Below are positions 42,437 through 56,320 of a stretch of 64,000 nt of DNA, in pieces. The DNA comes from the human T2T-CHM13v2.0 reference genome, Homo sapiens: NCBI RefSeq assembly GCF_009914755.1, contig NC_060932.1. One strand, written 5' to 3'. The position numbers and the translations under genes were made by a program. Below the pieces are notes generated by a model, which made no database searches, was not told where the DNA came from, and saw only the letters and a program-made list of their open reading frames with translations. How positions within the stretch are numbered: position 1 is the stretch's first letter; the number at the start of each line of letters is the position of its first letter.

Positions 42437-43532
42437 TAAATTTCCATCTTGATTTCGTTTTTGACCCAGTGCTCATTTGGGGGCAGGTTATTTAATTTCC
42501 ATATATTTGGATGATTTTGAAGGTTACTTTTGGAGATGATTTCCAGTTTTATTCCACTGTGGTCTGAGAGAGTGCTTGATATAATTTCAATTTTCTTAAA
42601 TTTATTGAGGCTCATTTTATGGCCTATCACATGGTCTGTCTTGGAGAAAGTTCCATGTGCTGTTGAATAGAATGTGTATTCTGGGGTTGTTAGATGAAAT
42701 TTTCTGTATATATCTGTTAAGTCCATTTGTTTCAAGATATAGTTAAAATTCATTGTTTCTTTGTTGACTTTTTGTCTTGATGACCTGTCTAGTGCTGTCA
42801 TTGGAGTATTGAAGTCCCCCACTATTATTGTGTTGCTGTCCATCTCATTTCTTAGGTCTATAGTAATTGTTTTATAAATTTGGCAGCTCCAGTGTTAGGT
42901 GTGTATATGTTTAGGATTGTGATATTTTCCTGTTGCACAAGGCCTTTTACCATCATATACTGTCCCTCTTTGTCTCTTTTAACTGTTGTTTCTTTAAAGT
43001 TTGATTTGTCTGATATAGGAATAGCTACCCCTGCTCGCTTTTGGTGTCCATTTTCACCCCTTTAAGTTTATGTGAGTCCTTATGTGTTAGGTGAGCCTCC
43101 TGACGGCAGCAAATGGTTGGTGAGTTCTTATCCATTCTGTGGTTCTGTATCTTTTAAGTGGAACATTTAGGCCATTTACATTCAATGTTAGTATTGAAAT
43201 GTGAGGTACTCTTGCTTTCATCGTGCTCTTTGTTGCCTGTGTATTTTTTGTTGTTGTTGTTGTTTTTGCTTTTTAACTCCTATTTTTGTTTTATAGGTCC
43301 GGTGTGATTTATGCTTTAAAGAGGTTCTGTTTTGTTGTGTTTCCAGAATTTCTTTCAAGATTTAGAGCTCTTTTTAGCAGTCCTCGTGGTTGTTTGGTAA
43401 TGGCAAATTCTCTCAGAGTTTGTTTGTCTGAAAAAGACTATCTTTCCTTCATATATGATGCTTAGTAATTTGTTTTTTTTAAATGCAATTATATCTTAGT
43501 AAGAGGAAATTGTTGCCAATTTTAACGTTTAA

Positions 43533-44045
<513 letters not shown>

Positions 44046-44624
44046 ATCATCTAATTGCCAGTGTAAAGAATCAGCACAATGTCAGGCATATGAAGTCTAC
44101 GCTTACGTATGTTCACATTTAAGGGCAATATGGACCGTTTCATACTGTAGAATGTTCCTCAGGAGCCATGTGCCACTGCTGGGAATACCGCCCTAACCCG
44201 AGTACCCTGGGGAAGGCAAATTATAGCACAAAAGGAAGCAAGACAAGGGATGCTGGGCACTGTTGGGAAATGATAGTTATGCAAGAATCTCATGTTCTCT
44301 GAGAAGAGGGATTTGACAATTTAATTAACTTATCTTTTCTCCTACCTAAGCACTTCTGCCAATCAAATCCTCCCCACACTTCAAAGCAGAGGCCTCCTCC
44401 GAAGCTGGCAGTGATAACACAGAAGACTTTAAGGCATGGCACATGCATGTCTTTGACTTCAAGAACACAGGGCAGTAGATGTGTAGAATTGTTGCCCTGA
44501 GGCCTGAAAGGGTGTGATTGGCTTTAGGGGGCATATGTAGGTGTATAAGTCTTGTTTTGAAAGCACTGGATGCTGAATCCTGAGTGACAGAAGCATTTGC
44601 ATATTTTAGAATAAACTCTGTATA

Positions 44625-44626
<2 letters not shown>

Positions 44627-44680
<54 letters not shown>
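44627..44680. repeat. (TG)27 microsatellite
   Basis: Perfect dinucleotide run. Confidence 0.97.
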
Positions 44681-44681
<1 letters not shown>

Positions 44682-45230
44682 TGTGTGGGGCTAAGCACCA
44701 CTCCCAGGCAGGTCTCTTCTTGCTTGAGGCTATAGGGAAGGTTGGAAAGCATCTAGCACTAGCTCTGTGTATAATAATCTCAAAGCAAATAATCACACTG
44801 CACACCCGCCAGCCCCCACTCCTAAATTCCCTTCTGATGTGAGGGGGAAAAGTGGAGCCCTGGCCAAGCAACTACTTATGAGAGCCATATTCAGCAGAGA
44901 TATGTGGACAGAGAACTTCAACTCAAAGTCTACCTCTAAAACATAGAGTAAAAGCAACTACTTCCTAAAACTAGCTTAGTTATTTGGGACAATAATGACT
45001 ATTTCAACCTATACAAGATACTTAGAAGGTGGTGAGCTCCAGCCACTGGAAGTGTTGAGCAGAGGGTAGATGCCAAGTTAGGGTTGACTTGAAAGGGTGT
45101 CTTCCACTGTTACACAGTGAGTCTAAGTGGCCTCTGAGATCTCTCCCCACTCTGAGATTCCAAGAGCATAAGATAAAGTGTTTGAACTGGCAAACAACAA
45201 ACAGAGAAACAAGAAAGAAATGGCATAGGT

Positions 45231-45425
45231 ACAGTAGTATGTTGGTGCCAGTTCACACTAGCTTTCAAGAGTCAGTTGTTAAACATTCAGGATATTTATG
45301 AACAAGTGGTTAAACGTTTGGTAGTTTGAAATCAGCCATGGTGGGAATATTTACACCATGGAAATTGGCAAATGCTACAACTCAGGACTTTTTTTCTAGA
45401 GAGCTGGTTTACCAGCACACCCCTG
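45231..45425 (+). mobile_element. MER63-type hAT-Blackjack MITE
   Basis: TIRs cagtagtatgttgg ... ccagcacacccctg; body ttgaaatcagccatggtgggaatatttacaccatggaaattggcaaatgctacaa. Confidence 0.75.
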
Positions 45426-45496
45426 AAGACATAGTTGGTCCAGCCATTGAGTTTCATTTTAGCTAGGATCTAGGAAACTAATTCAATCCCACTTAA

Positions 45497-45938
45497 ATTT
45501 TTTTTTATTTTAAGTTCCAGGAAACATGTGCAAGACGTGCAGGTTTGTTACACAGGTAAACGTGTACCAAGTTGGTTTGCAACTATCAACCCATCAGCTA
45601 GATATTAAGTCCCACATGCATTATCTATTTATCCTGATACTCTCCCTCCCCCCAACACCCCTGGCAGGCCACAGTGTGCGTTGTTCTCTGTGTAAATGTG
45701 TTCTCATTGTTCGGCTCCCAGTTTTAAGTGAGAACGTGTGGTGTTGGTTTTCTGTTCCTGTGTTAGTTTGCTAAGGATTATGGCTTCCAGCTTCATCCAT
45801 GTCCCTGCAAAGGACATGATCTCATTCCTTTTTATGGCTGCATAGTATCCCATGGTGTATATGTACCACATTTTCTTTATCCAGTTTATCATTGATGGGA
45901 ATTTGGGTTGATTCCATGTTTTTGCTATTGTGAATAGT
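45497..45938 (-). mobile_element. Intermediate-age L1PA 3' fragment
   Basis: acatgtgcaagacgtgcaggtttgttacacaggtaaac...; ORF2 C-terminal relic AKTWNQPK; imperfect TSD tca..cccactt. Confidence 0.85.
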
Positions 45939-46929
45939 CTCAGCCCCACTTTTTGTAGCAGAAGAATACAGGACCTAAAGGAATGCTGCTAGTGTGGTTA
46001 AATTCCTTGGTTTTGTGCACAGACAAACCTGGTGCTACCAAGTGTGTAGTCTTGAACAAAGTACTTCATCTGTCTAAACCAACCTTAGTTTCCTTATCTA
46101 TAACTATTACGTGTGATAATATATATACAAAGATTATTATGGTTCCTGGCACATGATAATCTCTTAACAAATGTAGCTATTATTATTTTTTTCTGAGTTG
46201 TACATTGCTGTATAATTTTAAATTATTGCTGTACAGCTTAAAATTATTTTTTCTAAGTTGTACATTGGTTATCTGCTGTAAAAGCAGCAGTCTTAGGTTT
46301 AAACAACAACAAAAAATTCCTACTTACATAAAGCAATACGGGGTTTTTTGAAGGGATATTGCATTGAAGAACAGGATCAGAAATCAGACAGGAACCAAGA
46401 GAAGCCAAGGGGCCAGAATTCAGGCAGAGTCATGAAGACAGGCAGGTAAGGTTATGCATTGCTGTCATCAGTGATACCACCTCTCCCATCAGTCCTGGGT
46501 AAATGGCTTTGCCACTAGCCCTGTGGCTCCCAATACTGGGTATTTCCGCTGACCCTTGGCCCAACTGTAGGAATGAATTCTCTGCTCATTTCTTTGCATA
46601 ACAAACTTCAGATTCAAAGCCTTGGTTGAATCTTGGCCAACCTTCAGTTGGCCAATTCTCAGTTAGATGCCAGCACCATAACCTCTAGGGGTATGGTGTA
46701 GTAAGAAGTATCTAGTGTTTTCAGGCTCTGTTCTAGAACGTGGGCTCTGCCTCCCACCCAACCCACACTGTGGATAATTTCCAGACATAGGAAAAATCTG
46801 GGTGAGTGACATATATCCAATATGGCTTATTCCTTTAGATACCCTACATCCTTTCTCCCATGTTTAGTGTTTGACAACAACAACACAGATATAAAAAGTT
46901 GCTCCCATTTAGTATAATAAAATGATTGT

Positions 46930-47234
<305 letters not shown>

Positions 47235-47364
47235 GATTGCTCACACATCTGAAGACCTTTTAACCCCCCCTTTAAAGAAAGACCAACTGAGATGATGTCC
47301 AATTTCACGTCTTGGATATTCGTTCTTCCCTTAGCATTGATATTCTGTAACCTGTGGACAAAGT

Positions 47365-47584
47365 CAGGGCCTGGCAAACTTTTCTGTAAGGGACCGTGTG
47401 ATTATTTTAAGCTTTGTGGTCCACACAGTGGTTGTCTAGACTACTCATGTCTGTCACTGTTGCATGACAGCAGCCATACACAATGTGTAAATGAATGGTT
47501 GTGCTGTGTTCCAATAAAACTTTATTTACAAAAGTCCCTAGATGACTGTACTAGGACTGCAGTCTGTAGTTTGCCAAATTCTTG
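47365..47584 (+). mobile_element. MER58A-type hAT-Charlie MITE
   Basis: cagggcctggcaaacttttctgtaaggg...gtgttccaataaaactttatttacaaaa...gtagtttgccaaattcttg. Confidence 0.8.
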
Positions 47585-47953
47585 ACAAGATTATACACTT
47601 TGCTACCACCAGCACACCCTATCATAATAATCAGGCACCCTAAAGAGGAAGGAGGAATGTTATTGTGTACACATACTCACACACAAATCATCCAGAATAC
47701 AGAAAGGAAGCAGACATAGGTACAGGGAGGGGCTATGACTTCATTCCATCAACAGATCACACGGTCATAGCTGCTGCTATCACCACCCTCCATTATGGCC
47801 CATGCCATGCTTCCTTACTGATAGTCAGTAACTCACCTAGTTGTGGTCCAGTATCTGATGGGGCAACCCTGACTTTCACTGTGTCTAAGCTTTTGGTGAT
47901 TTTGCCTGCATAGGGCTGGAAATGTTGTCCAATAACCTTTGTTGGACAACCTT

Positions 47954-48252
47954 TAGTTGGCATTGGTGACATGTTTCTCTGGCCATTATCTAAACCTCCT
48001 TCCTATGCTCAGTATCGAGGAGAAATTGGGATTACTACTCCCCAGTATGAGAAGAATATGGTTAAAACCCAGGAGGCTTCCCTGAGGGCCTCTCACTGGA
48101 CATGATTGTATGAGAGGCCTTCAGGGAAGCTCTCTGGGTTTTAACCATATTCTTCTTATTCTGGGGAGTAGCAATCCCAATTTCTCCTCAATACTGAGCA
48201 TAGGAAGGAGGTTCAAACAATGGGCAGAGAAATAAGTCACCAGTGTCTACTA
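47954..48252. repeat. Long inverted repeat: 142-bp arms, 15-nt loop
   Basis: 47954-48095 is the gapless reverse complement of 48111-48252 at 125/142 positions (hand count). Confidence 0.95.
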
Positions 48253-49306
48253 CCTAACCTGGATGTCAGAGGGGCAGTAAACTTACAAATACTGCACCAC
48301 ACAGCACACATGGGACATTCACAACAAATATGGTAGCGAAAATTTGCTCTGTTTATGTACAGCATTGGATAAACAGTATCTAAGTGATGTATTTGTTTCT
48401 ACTTTAGTCTGTGAACCTCCCACAGTTGAGAACAAATGTATTTCTTTTTGCCGTCCCAGAACCAAGCACCATACCTGATAAACTGTTAGATGCTTGAAAA
48501 ATGGATGTTAAAAAACATTAAAAGGTTATAAGAGATGTCAAAACCCAAAAATATGGGGAAGTAACTCATAAAAAATGTAACTTGCATGAAAGAACAATAG
48601 GTTATCTTGGGCAAATAATGTGTGTAAGAAACACGTATTAGTTGAGGAAATGGAAGTTTGTGGATAAACATGATGTAGTGATTTAATCCTCACCTGGGGG
48701 TGAAGACTGGGTATTTCTCTCTCTTCTCTTGTGAGGCTCTTACAAGATACTCTGCAATTGGGAGTGGTATTGATTCAGGGCCAAAGCAAATTTATTGCTC
48801 TTGCTACTCTTTGGAAAATAATTTATTTAAGAGCTTGCATTTTTAAGTCAATAGAACTTTAGAAAACAGTTTGTTTCCTCAGTAGATAAGACTTTTAGTA
48901 AGAAGTAGACAGAAGCTCTAGTCTAGATGTGAAATGGGAAAATATTATCACAGATGAGTTGGCTTCTACTGGAAAGTTTAACTGTTGATTGAATTAAATA
49001 AGTTTAATTCAACAGGTTTTTTTTGGTGATATTTACTAAGTGTAAGGATAACCATATCTTAGGCAGTGTGGGAACACACAGATGAATAAGATTGCTCATA
49101 ACCTAGTGGAGGAGATAGACTTGAAGTCTTTTAGATGCTATAGGTAGAGGCAACAATGAACAAGTTTAGGAGGACAGAGAGGGAAGAGATTAATTTCAGC
49201 TCAGGGAATCAATATAGACTCTATGGAGGAGTGATTGTTGGAGAGGTGACTATGATTTCAATAGAAATATATGACGAAACACATTTTGGATGGTAAGAAC
49301 GTAAGG

Positions 49307-49600
49307 CAAAGATTGCAAATTCAAATGTCTAAGGGGTCAAGCGTATCACTATTATGAGTGAAGCTAGCTGAATGTAAGACAATAGGGAATAGTGAGGATT
49401 ATAGTCAACTGGAGGGGCATGGCCCATGTAAAGGGATTAACCACTCCTCAGGCTCAGTTTGACTGTTAACATGATCCACTAATTTTTCAAGAGAAGCTGG
49501 AGATCTTCATAAACATTGTCAATGGATTTGATAAAACAACCACCCTATAACAGTGGGATCCAAATCCATCTACAGGCTAATTCTAGTCTGCAGACAGTGA
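49307..49600 (+). mobile_element. MER102-type hAT-Charlie element within a minus-strand L2 relic (~49000-49950)
   Basis: caaagattgcaaattcaaatgtctaagggg...gtaagacaatagggaatagtgagg...tttttcaagagaagctgg. Confidence 0.65.
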
Positions 49601-52600
49601 GTTACAGAAAGATGAAGAGGGAGAAAGCTGCAAGCCAAGCTTGGGAGCCAGCATTGCATGGGGACATGAGTGTGTGGGGTGGGGGGTTTGTGTGATAAGA
49701 CAAAAAAAAAGTGGATAGAGTGAAATCTTCCAAGACATTCAATACACTCCCAAGGAGTTTGGGCCTTATTCTGTGGGCAGTGAGGGCGTGGGATCATGGA
49801 GATGACTTGTTGAAAACAGTTTCTAAAAGACCTCTCTGGTTGCCTATGGAGGAAGGGATGAAAAAGGTTGTTGAGTGGGGGCAGAGGTGAGTTAGGAGGA
49901 TGCCGCACAATCCAGGGTGAGAACTAATGAGGATCTGAGCATAGACTGAAGGAGACTGGTGAGGTATATTAAGACTCAAAACATATTCATGACTGGCTAC
50001 ACATAAAGGTTGAGGGGAAAAAGGTTGCTTTCTATGCCTTCAGAAATTAACTTAGGAAAACAGGTCTAAAACCCAAATGGATCACTAACCAGTTTTATAG
50101 CCTAGGGCCAATTATTTCTCTTAAATGTTAGCTTTTTCTTCTGTCAAATGGTGACAATGATAGCTGTCCTTGTCAACTAGGGGATGATGTAGCAATCAAA
50201 TGAAACAGAGGACATGAAAGGGAGGTCATCACCATAAAGGACTGTGTCTATGGAAGTTATTTTGATTGTTGTTATCATAGTTAACTCTGAAATTCCTCAT
50301 CAATCAGGACTTTGCAAACATATGGAGTCATAAAAAATTATAAAAATGACAAACCATTTTTAGCTTGGTGTGAAATAAGTAGCAGCATCTGGAGAGAAAA
50401 AATTTACTTTGTTGTTGTTAGCAGTGATAATCATGGCACCTGCTGTGGCTTACAGCCCTTTCCAAGTAAAGTGGGCCCATCCACTGTCCTAGCTGAGATT
50501 TCCATCCTAGGCAGCCATGTTTGAGGCCTTAAGCCATGTCTGACCCGGCAGCAGCAGATTCATCTGCTGATCAGTGGTCTAGGGTATGCCGTCATGTGAA
50601 AAGACTATTCAAACAGTAATGATGATAATCAGCTGAGCTGGAGATATTCTCCTGTAGAGAATTTGACTGGGGAAAGAGTAAGACATCCAATCAATGGCAT
50701 GAAGACAATGGGGTAGAGGAGCAACATGATAGACCACCAGAGAAGGTGGCAGATGGTGAGTTGGTAAGTTGGTAGAACACTAGGGAGAGGACCTAGGACC
50801 TTTTTCGTTCAGCATTGCCGGAGTTGCTTTGGGTCAAGAACCATCTTTCAGTCCCATCCTCTGTGTGGCCACATCCTATGATAACTTAACATTCTTTTTG
50901 TTCAACATAATTTCATTCAGTGGAAATCCTTAAAATACTTCATCCCTCACTTGAGTTAGCTCTTTTTTTTTGCGACCAAAAAACCTAACTGAAACATTGC
51001 CTCTATTCACCTGAAATAAACCTTCCTGATATGTTTGAAGTGAAAAACAGAGGTCCTCCAAAACTTGCTTAAGTGTCTTCTAGTGGGAGGAAAAACTGAT
51101 TAAGTTAGATGGCATGCAACTGGGTATACCAAGGAGTTAGGGTTAAACTTTAAGAAATGCTGTGTTTCAAATTCCATATATATAGAAGGGCAGTTACTTT
51201 AAAAGAAACATATCTTAAGACTAGTCAAGGCAATGACAGGAAAAACTTGAGTTAATGCATGAAACTGATGGTCAGGTGGAATAATCATGGGCTTTAGAGT
51301 CAGAAGTTTAACCTGAAGTCCAGGTCCTATGACTTCCTAGTGGGATGGGCAGTGAGGTCTAGGGTGAGTCACTCATTATGCTGAACTCCAGGTACTGAAA
51401 AATGGAGCTGTAAAGGTGATGGTTATCATGACAGTGACGATTATGATGACAGTGATGATGATCATTGGGCAGGAGTCCATGGAATTCCTCATATACTTAA
51501 CTATATTGTTTGTTATTAGGGAAGTAAAGTTCTAGAGTTGGAAATGAAAAGATTCAAGACAAAAAAATGGAAAAGGAATAGTAATTACACACAGAAGAAA
51601 GTTAACACATTTCAAAAAAAGTTACTTGTGAAGAGTTGATATTCCCATTTGATTCCACATGATAGTTATGCAATAAAATGTTTTTGGGCCTTAACATTTT
51701 AAAAGAAAGGTCATAGTATTAATAATAATAATAGTGACAATGGTAATAATGCTAATAACTGCAGCTACCACTTAGCATCCACAATGGCCCAGGCAGTGTC
51801 ATGCTTCACATTCACTGTTTCAAATTCTCCAGTAGTCATGTTTATTACCCCCACTTTACTCATGAGAAACCCAAGAAACCCTCTGTTAATCTTCAGAGAG
51901 ATTAAGAAGCTTGATCAAAGGCAAACAGGTAGGAGTTTCAACCTAGGTCTTTCTGGCTCTGCATTCTGTGTCCATCTTCCTGTTCACTTAGTGAGCTCAT
52001 CCTAGGATGCTGAAACACAGGAGCTGCAATGATCCTTGGAGATTGCCTAATCTAGGCCCTTCTTTTTAGGGGAAAGGAAACAGAGTCCTGGAGTTGTGAA
52101 ACTGATTGTCCGAGAGCATGCAGCTAGTTACTGGTGAGATCAAGTCCTCAGACTCAAGGCTCCCGACTCAGGGCCGTAGCCTGTCATCTAAACTAGGCTG
52201 CATCTCTGGTTTTGAATTTCCATGCTCTTGTGCAAACAGGCTGTTGGTTTTGTTCCAGAGAATTACAGGGCAAATTTATCCTTCCTGGGGGGAACAGCTG
52301 GCGTGTGCGCTGTGAAGTCTGCTATCATAGCACACCCTGGTTTTATGGTAGACTAGCCTCTGGCCTCTATTAGCAATAGGGAATCTGTTTGGCATGGAGT
52401 GAGCAAATAAGGGAGTGCACTGAAAACCAACCCCTAGATTCTTGTTTAGCAACTTCTGGCATGAACATTACGTGGTACTCATCAAAGTGGGAGCTGGGAT
52501 AGCACATTAGTATGCTCACAGCAGCCAGCCTTTATGAAATGCTCATCACATCCTAGGATCCTTTAATTCTCACAATTAAACTGCAAGTTAGCTAATCTAA

Positions 52601-54424
52601 TAACCCATTCAAAAGATGAAGAAACTGAGACCCAGGGACATTAAGAAACTTGTCAATGTTTAAAAAAAAAAGAAGAAGAAGAAAGCCTACTAAGTATTGT
52701 AAGAAGATCATAGCCTTCATTCTCTGGTATGTTTGATGATGCCAAAGCTGACATTTGTAACCACCACATACACCTGCACAGCACCTATAAGGTTTTGCAC
52801 CTGTAGGGGCTTGGGGTGGTTAGAAAATAAGAACAGTCTTTGCCCTCAGGAATTTTATAGCCTAACATGGGACATATACACATTCACAGATATAATTCAT
52901 TATAATACTATCTCCGAGAGAGCATTGAGGTTTTTTTGGCAGGCACTGTTCTATGAGATTTTTGAGAATCTGCCTTAATTTTTCAACATGGCTATGCAGT
53001 AAATTTTTATCATTTTACGAATGAAAAAACTGAGACTGAGAGAGGTAAAGCAAATCACCAAACTTTCTGTAGTTAGTAGGTATTTTAGAGTCTTGATTCA
53101 AGCCACGGCAGTTTAACTCCAGAGTCCAGGGTCACAGTCACTGTGGTCAAGGTTAAAAATAAAAGAAAATCAAATGCTATGGGAATCCAAAGGCATAGAC
53201 ATTTAAAATGGAAAGACTGTTGCCCTAAATCCTCAACACTGACTCCAGTAAACTTTTCTGCCAACCAAGAGCAATACAGGGTATGGTATTGGAGGCAGTG
53301 TGGTCTGAGCGATCTCGGAAGAGAAGAGGAGTCAGATCACCGGGTGTTAGACCCATCTCTTCACCAGGTGAATGTGGTAACTGTCATAACTGAGGATGAC
53401 ATCTTGGCTCCCTCTTCTGTGTCTTGATTACTATCACTGAAAGGTGCCCATAAACCTGGTTTATTTTTAAGAGATAATTTGTGTTTTATTGCTTGTTTCT
53501 GGGAGGATACTCACAGATGCTAACAAAACCCACAGAGACTGGGGAAGTTATAAAAGCTTCAGAAAAATCTTGAAAGTTATTACATTTTACTTAATACCTA
53601 CTAACTACAGAAAGTATTTGTATTTAATAAATACAAATGGGGTTAGTTCCATTTTTTTCCATAGTCCATTCATAGAAAAACTTACGTAATTATTTGTTCA
53701 TATGTTAAATAATTTATTCACACACACACATATATATTTGATATTTACAAAAATCTATTCTTTTTATTTTCCACAATTCCTAAGAGAAAGAAAATAGGAG
53801 CATTTTCAACATAGCCAGCTGCCTCTCCCTTACAGATTTCCAGCTGTGTTTTTTTACTTTGGGCTTTGTGGCAGAGTGAAAGGAGGCTTGGTCTGGCTGT
53901 CAGGTCACCTCTACTGTTTATTAGCCATGTGATTTGGGCAGGTGTCCTCCCTTGCTGGGCTCTGTGTTTTTGTTTTTCTCTCTCTAAAAGCAGGGGTTGG
54001 ACTAAGCCATTGGTTTCCACATTGCACTATTGCATGATGAGTGGGGACTGTGGAGTTATTGGAGAGGATCTGGGAACCCTTGTGTTGGACAAGTTTGAGG
54101 GCTGGGCAAAATAATACCTCACACATGTCTATCATATGTGTGCATGAGGATACTGTTGTGATTAACAAAATGCAATTAAAAGTGTTATGAAATTATTCCT
54201 AACTGTAATCTTCGTAATTTTCTTGAAAAAAAAAAAACTAAAATACAATTGAATTTTTCCTAATTTTGGTCAATATGGCATTCTTAATGAACACACACTA
54301 AACATTCTGTTAACATGAGAAAGGTCTGGATACATCTTCTGTATTAGAAATGGGTCTTGCAATTGCAAAGGTCTGAATGATTTATTGGGTCCTTTTTAGG
54401 GTTAACATTTTGGGATTCTAAATT

Positions 54425-54615
54425 GCAGTGTTCTAAAATGGTAGCCACTAGCTATGTGTGGCTATTTAAATCTAAATTAACTTTAAAAAATTTAATCAGT
54501 TGCACTAGCCACATTTCAAATGTTCAGTAGTCACATAGATTGGTGGCTACCATATTGGACAGTGTAGATAACAGAATACTTTCATCATGGTAGAAAGTTC
54601 TATCAGACATCCCTG
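54425..54615. mobile_element. MER3/MER33-type hAT-Charlie MITE
   Basis: atggtagccactagctatgtgtggctattt...gcactagccacatttcaaatg...gtggctaccatattggacag. Confidence 0.8.
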
Positions 54616-55909
54616 TTCTAGGAGAACTGGATGACCTTATTGGTGTGTTTTCCTTGACATGAGATGGTCTTATGGTCTCTTCTAATGATGTTTTTAGAAG
54701 AATATGAGATTGAGCCTGAAAGCATTTAGCTTTTGGCTCTGTCATTGACGGGGAAAAAGACATATATATACGTCAGTGGGTGGGGATGGTTAAGAAGCCT
54801 GGAAGATTGATCCACTCTTTGTGGGACAGTTTGCTTCGCACTTTTGATTGCACTTAGTAACATGATTCTTGTAAACAGCCATGCACAGCAATGAATGTTG
54901 ATTCAGCCACACCCCCAACCCCCAATCCCCACAAATAGCCTCACCCACTCAATTACTCAGAAACTCAGAAGCCTGTGACCAGGATCTGGATAAAGGCAGA
55001 CATCAGGATTTTGCTGTGTTCCTAGCCCAGAGGAGCTGCTAAAAAGAGGAAGAATGGAGAAGCCATCCAAAGCCAAGTAACATATTTCCTTCTCTTAACA
55101 GGAAAGCTTATGGGTGTGGCCAGAGTCAAAGGACTGGGAGAGGCAAGGGTCTCCCCTCAAAAATTTCATGGGTTAATTTAGACTTAAGGGTTAGTAAGAA
55201 AAAGTGGGCCAGGAGGGACAACTGGGCCTGACCACGCATCTAAAAGAAACTATTCCTCTTCTGATGAGTAAATACATCTTCACTCTAGAATATTTGGAAA
55301 ATGTAGAAGCTAATAGGAATTTAATCATAACTCATATTATCACTGGAGGTAATTATTGCTAATGTTTTCAATATTAAAAAAATTTTCATTCCTTGAACTG
55401 AACTATAAAAGGTATTACATGCTTTTTTTTTTTTCTTTTTCCTTTTTTTCCAAACAGGGCCTTTCCTTATTTAATTGCACTAAACTGGAAAGCCAACCCA
55501 AGCTTGTGGTTTCTTTTCTTCCTCTTCCCATTTCTTTCTGCTTCAAAGACTCTTATCTCAGTTTGTAAATGAGAGTTGAGGTCTTTCAATTCTTTTGCAG
55601 GAATGATGTCCATTGGCCTCACTCACAGACTTGTTTAGGAAGCTCTGCTGGGGTTAAAACTTTGCCTTCATGGCCATGATAGCCAGGGGGGTGAGGGGCA
55701 GTTTGTCATGTGGTTCAGGGGTGGCCTTGGCTTTTCATTTGGTTTGGGGCAGGATAAAAAGGGTCTGGACACTTTTTAAAGTGAAAAGAGACTCCACTGG
55801 TCTCTTTTCATCTGCAAAGTAATTTGGTAGAATTACATGGGTACACTGTGAGTTCAGACAAGGGACAGAATCAGGATTTAGTATAGAATTGGGCTGATTG
55901 ACTGTTAAA

Positions 55910-56320
55910 ATTCAATTCATCATTAATTAAATTTTTGTTGACCATGTTATGAATATGGTATTTCACTAGGCACTAGGTCCACAAAAATGGACCAGACGAG
56001 ATCCCTCTCTCAGAACGTTTACAGATTAGTAGTCTTGATCTATAATGAAACAGACAATCAAAATTTGAGTGTTGCAGGTATTACAATAGCGATAAGTTCA
56101 GGATACTGTTAGAGCCTAGGCAGGGAGAGGCACTTAATCCATTTTAGGTGGATCAAGGAAGTCTTCTTAGAGGATATGCATCTAAACTGAGAAGAGAAGA
56201 ATGAAGAGGAAATAACATTCTTGAATGTGGAAGTGAGAGTCAGGGTGAGGGAAGAATGTTCCAGGTGGAAGGTATAGACAGCGTGAGTAAAGACAGGCAA
56301 GTGAGAGGCAGGATGTATTT
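55910..56320 (-). mobile_element. L2 fragment
   Basis: ttcattc...tttttgttgacc...caaggaagtcttcttagagg...aatgttccaggtggaagg. Confidence 0.55.
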
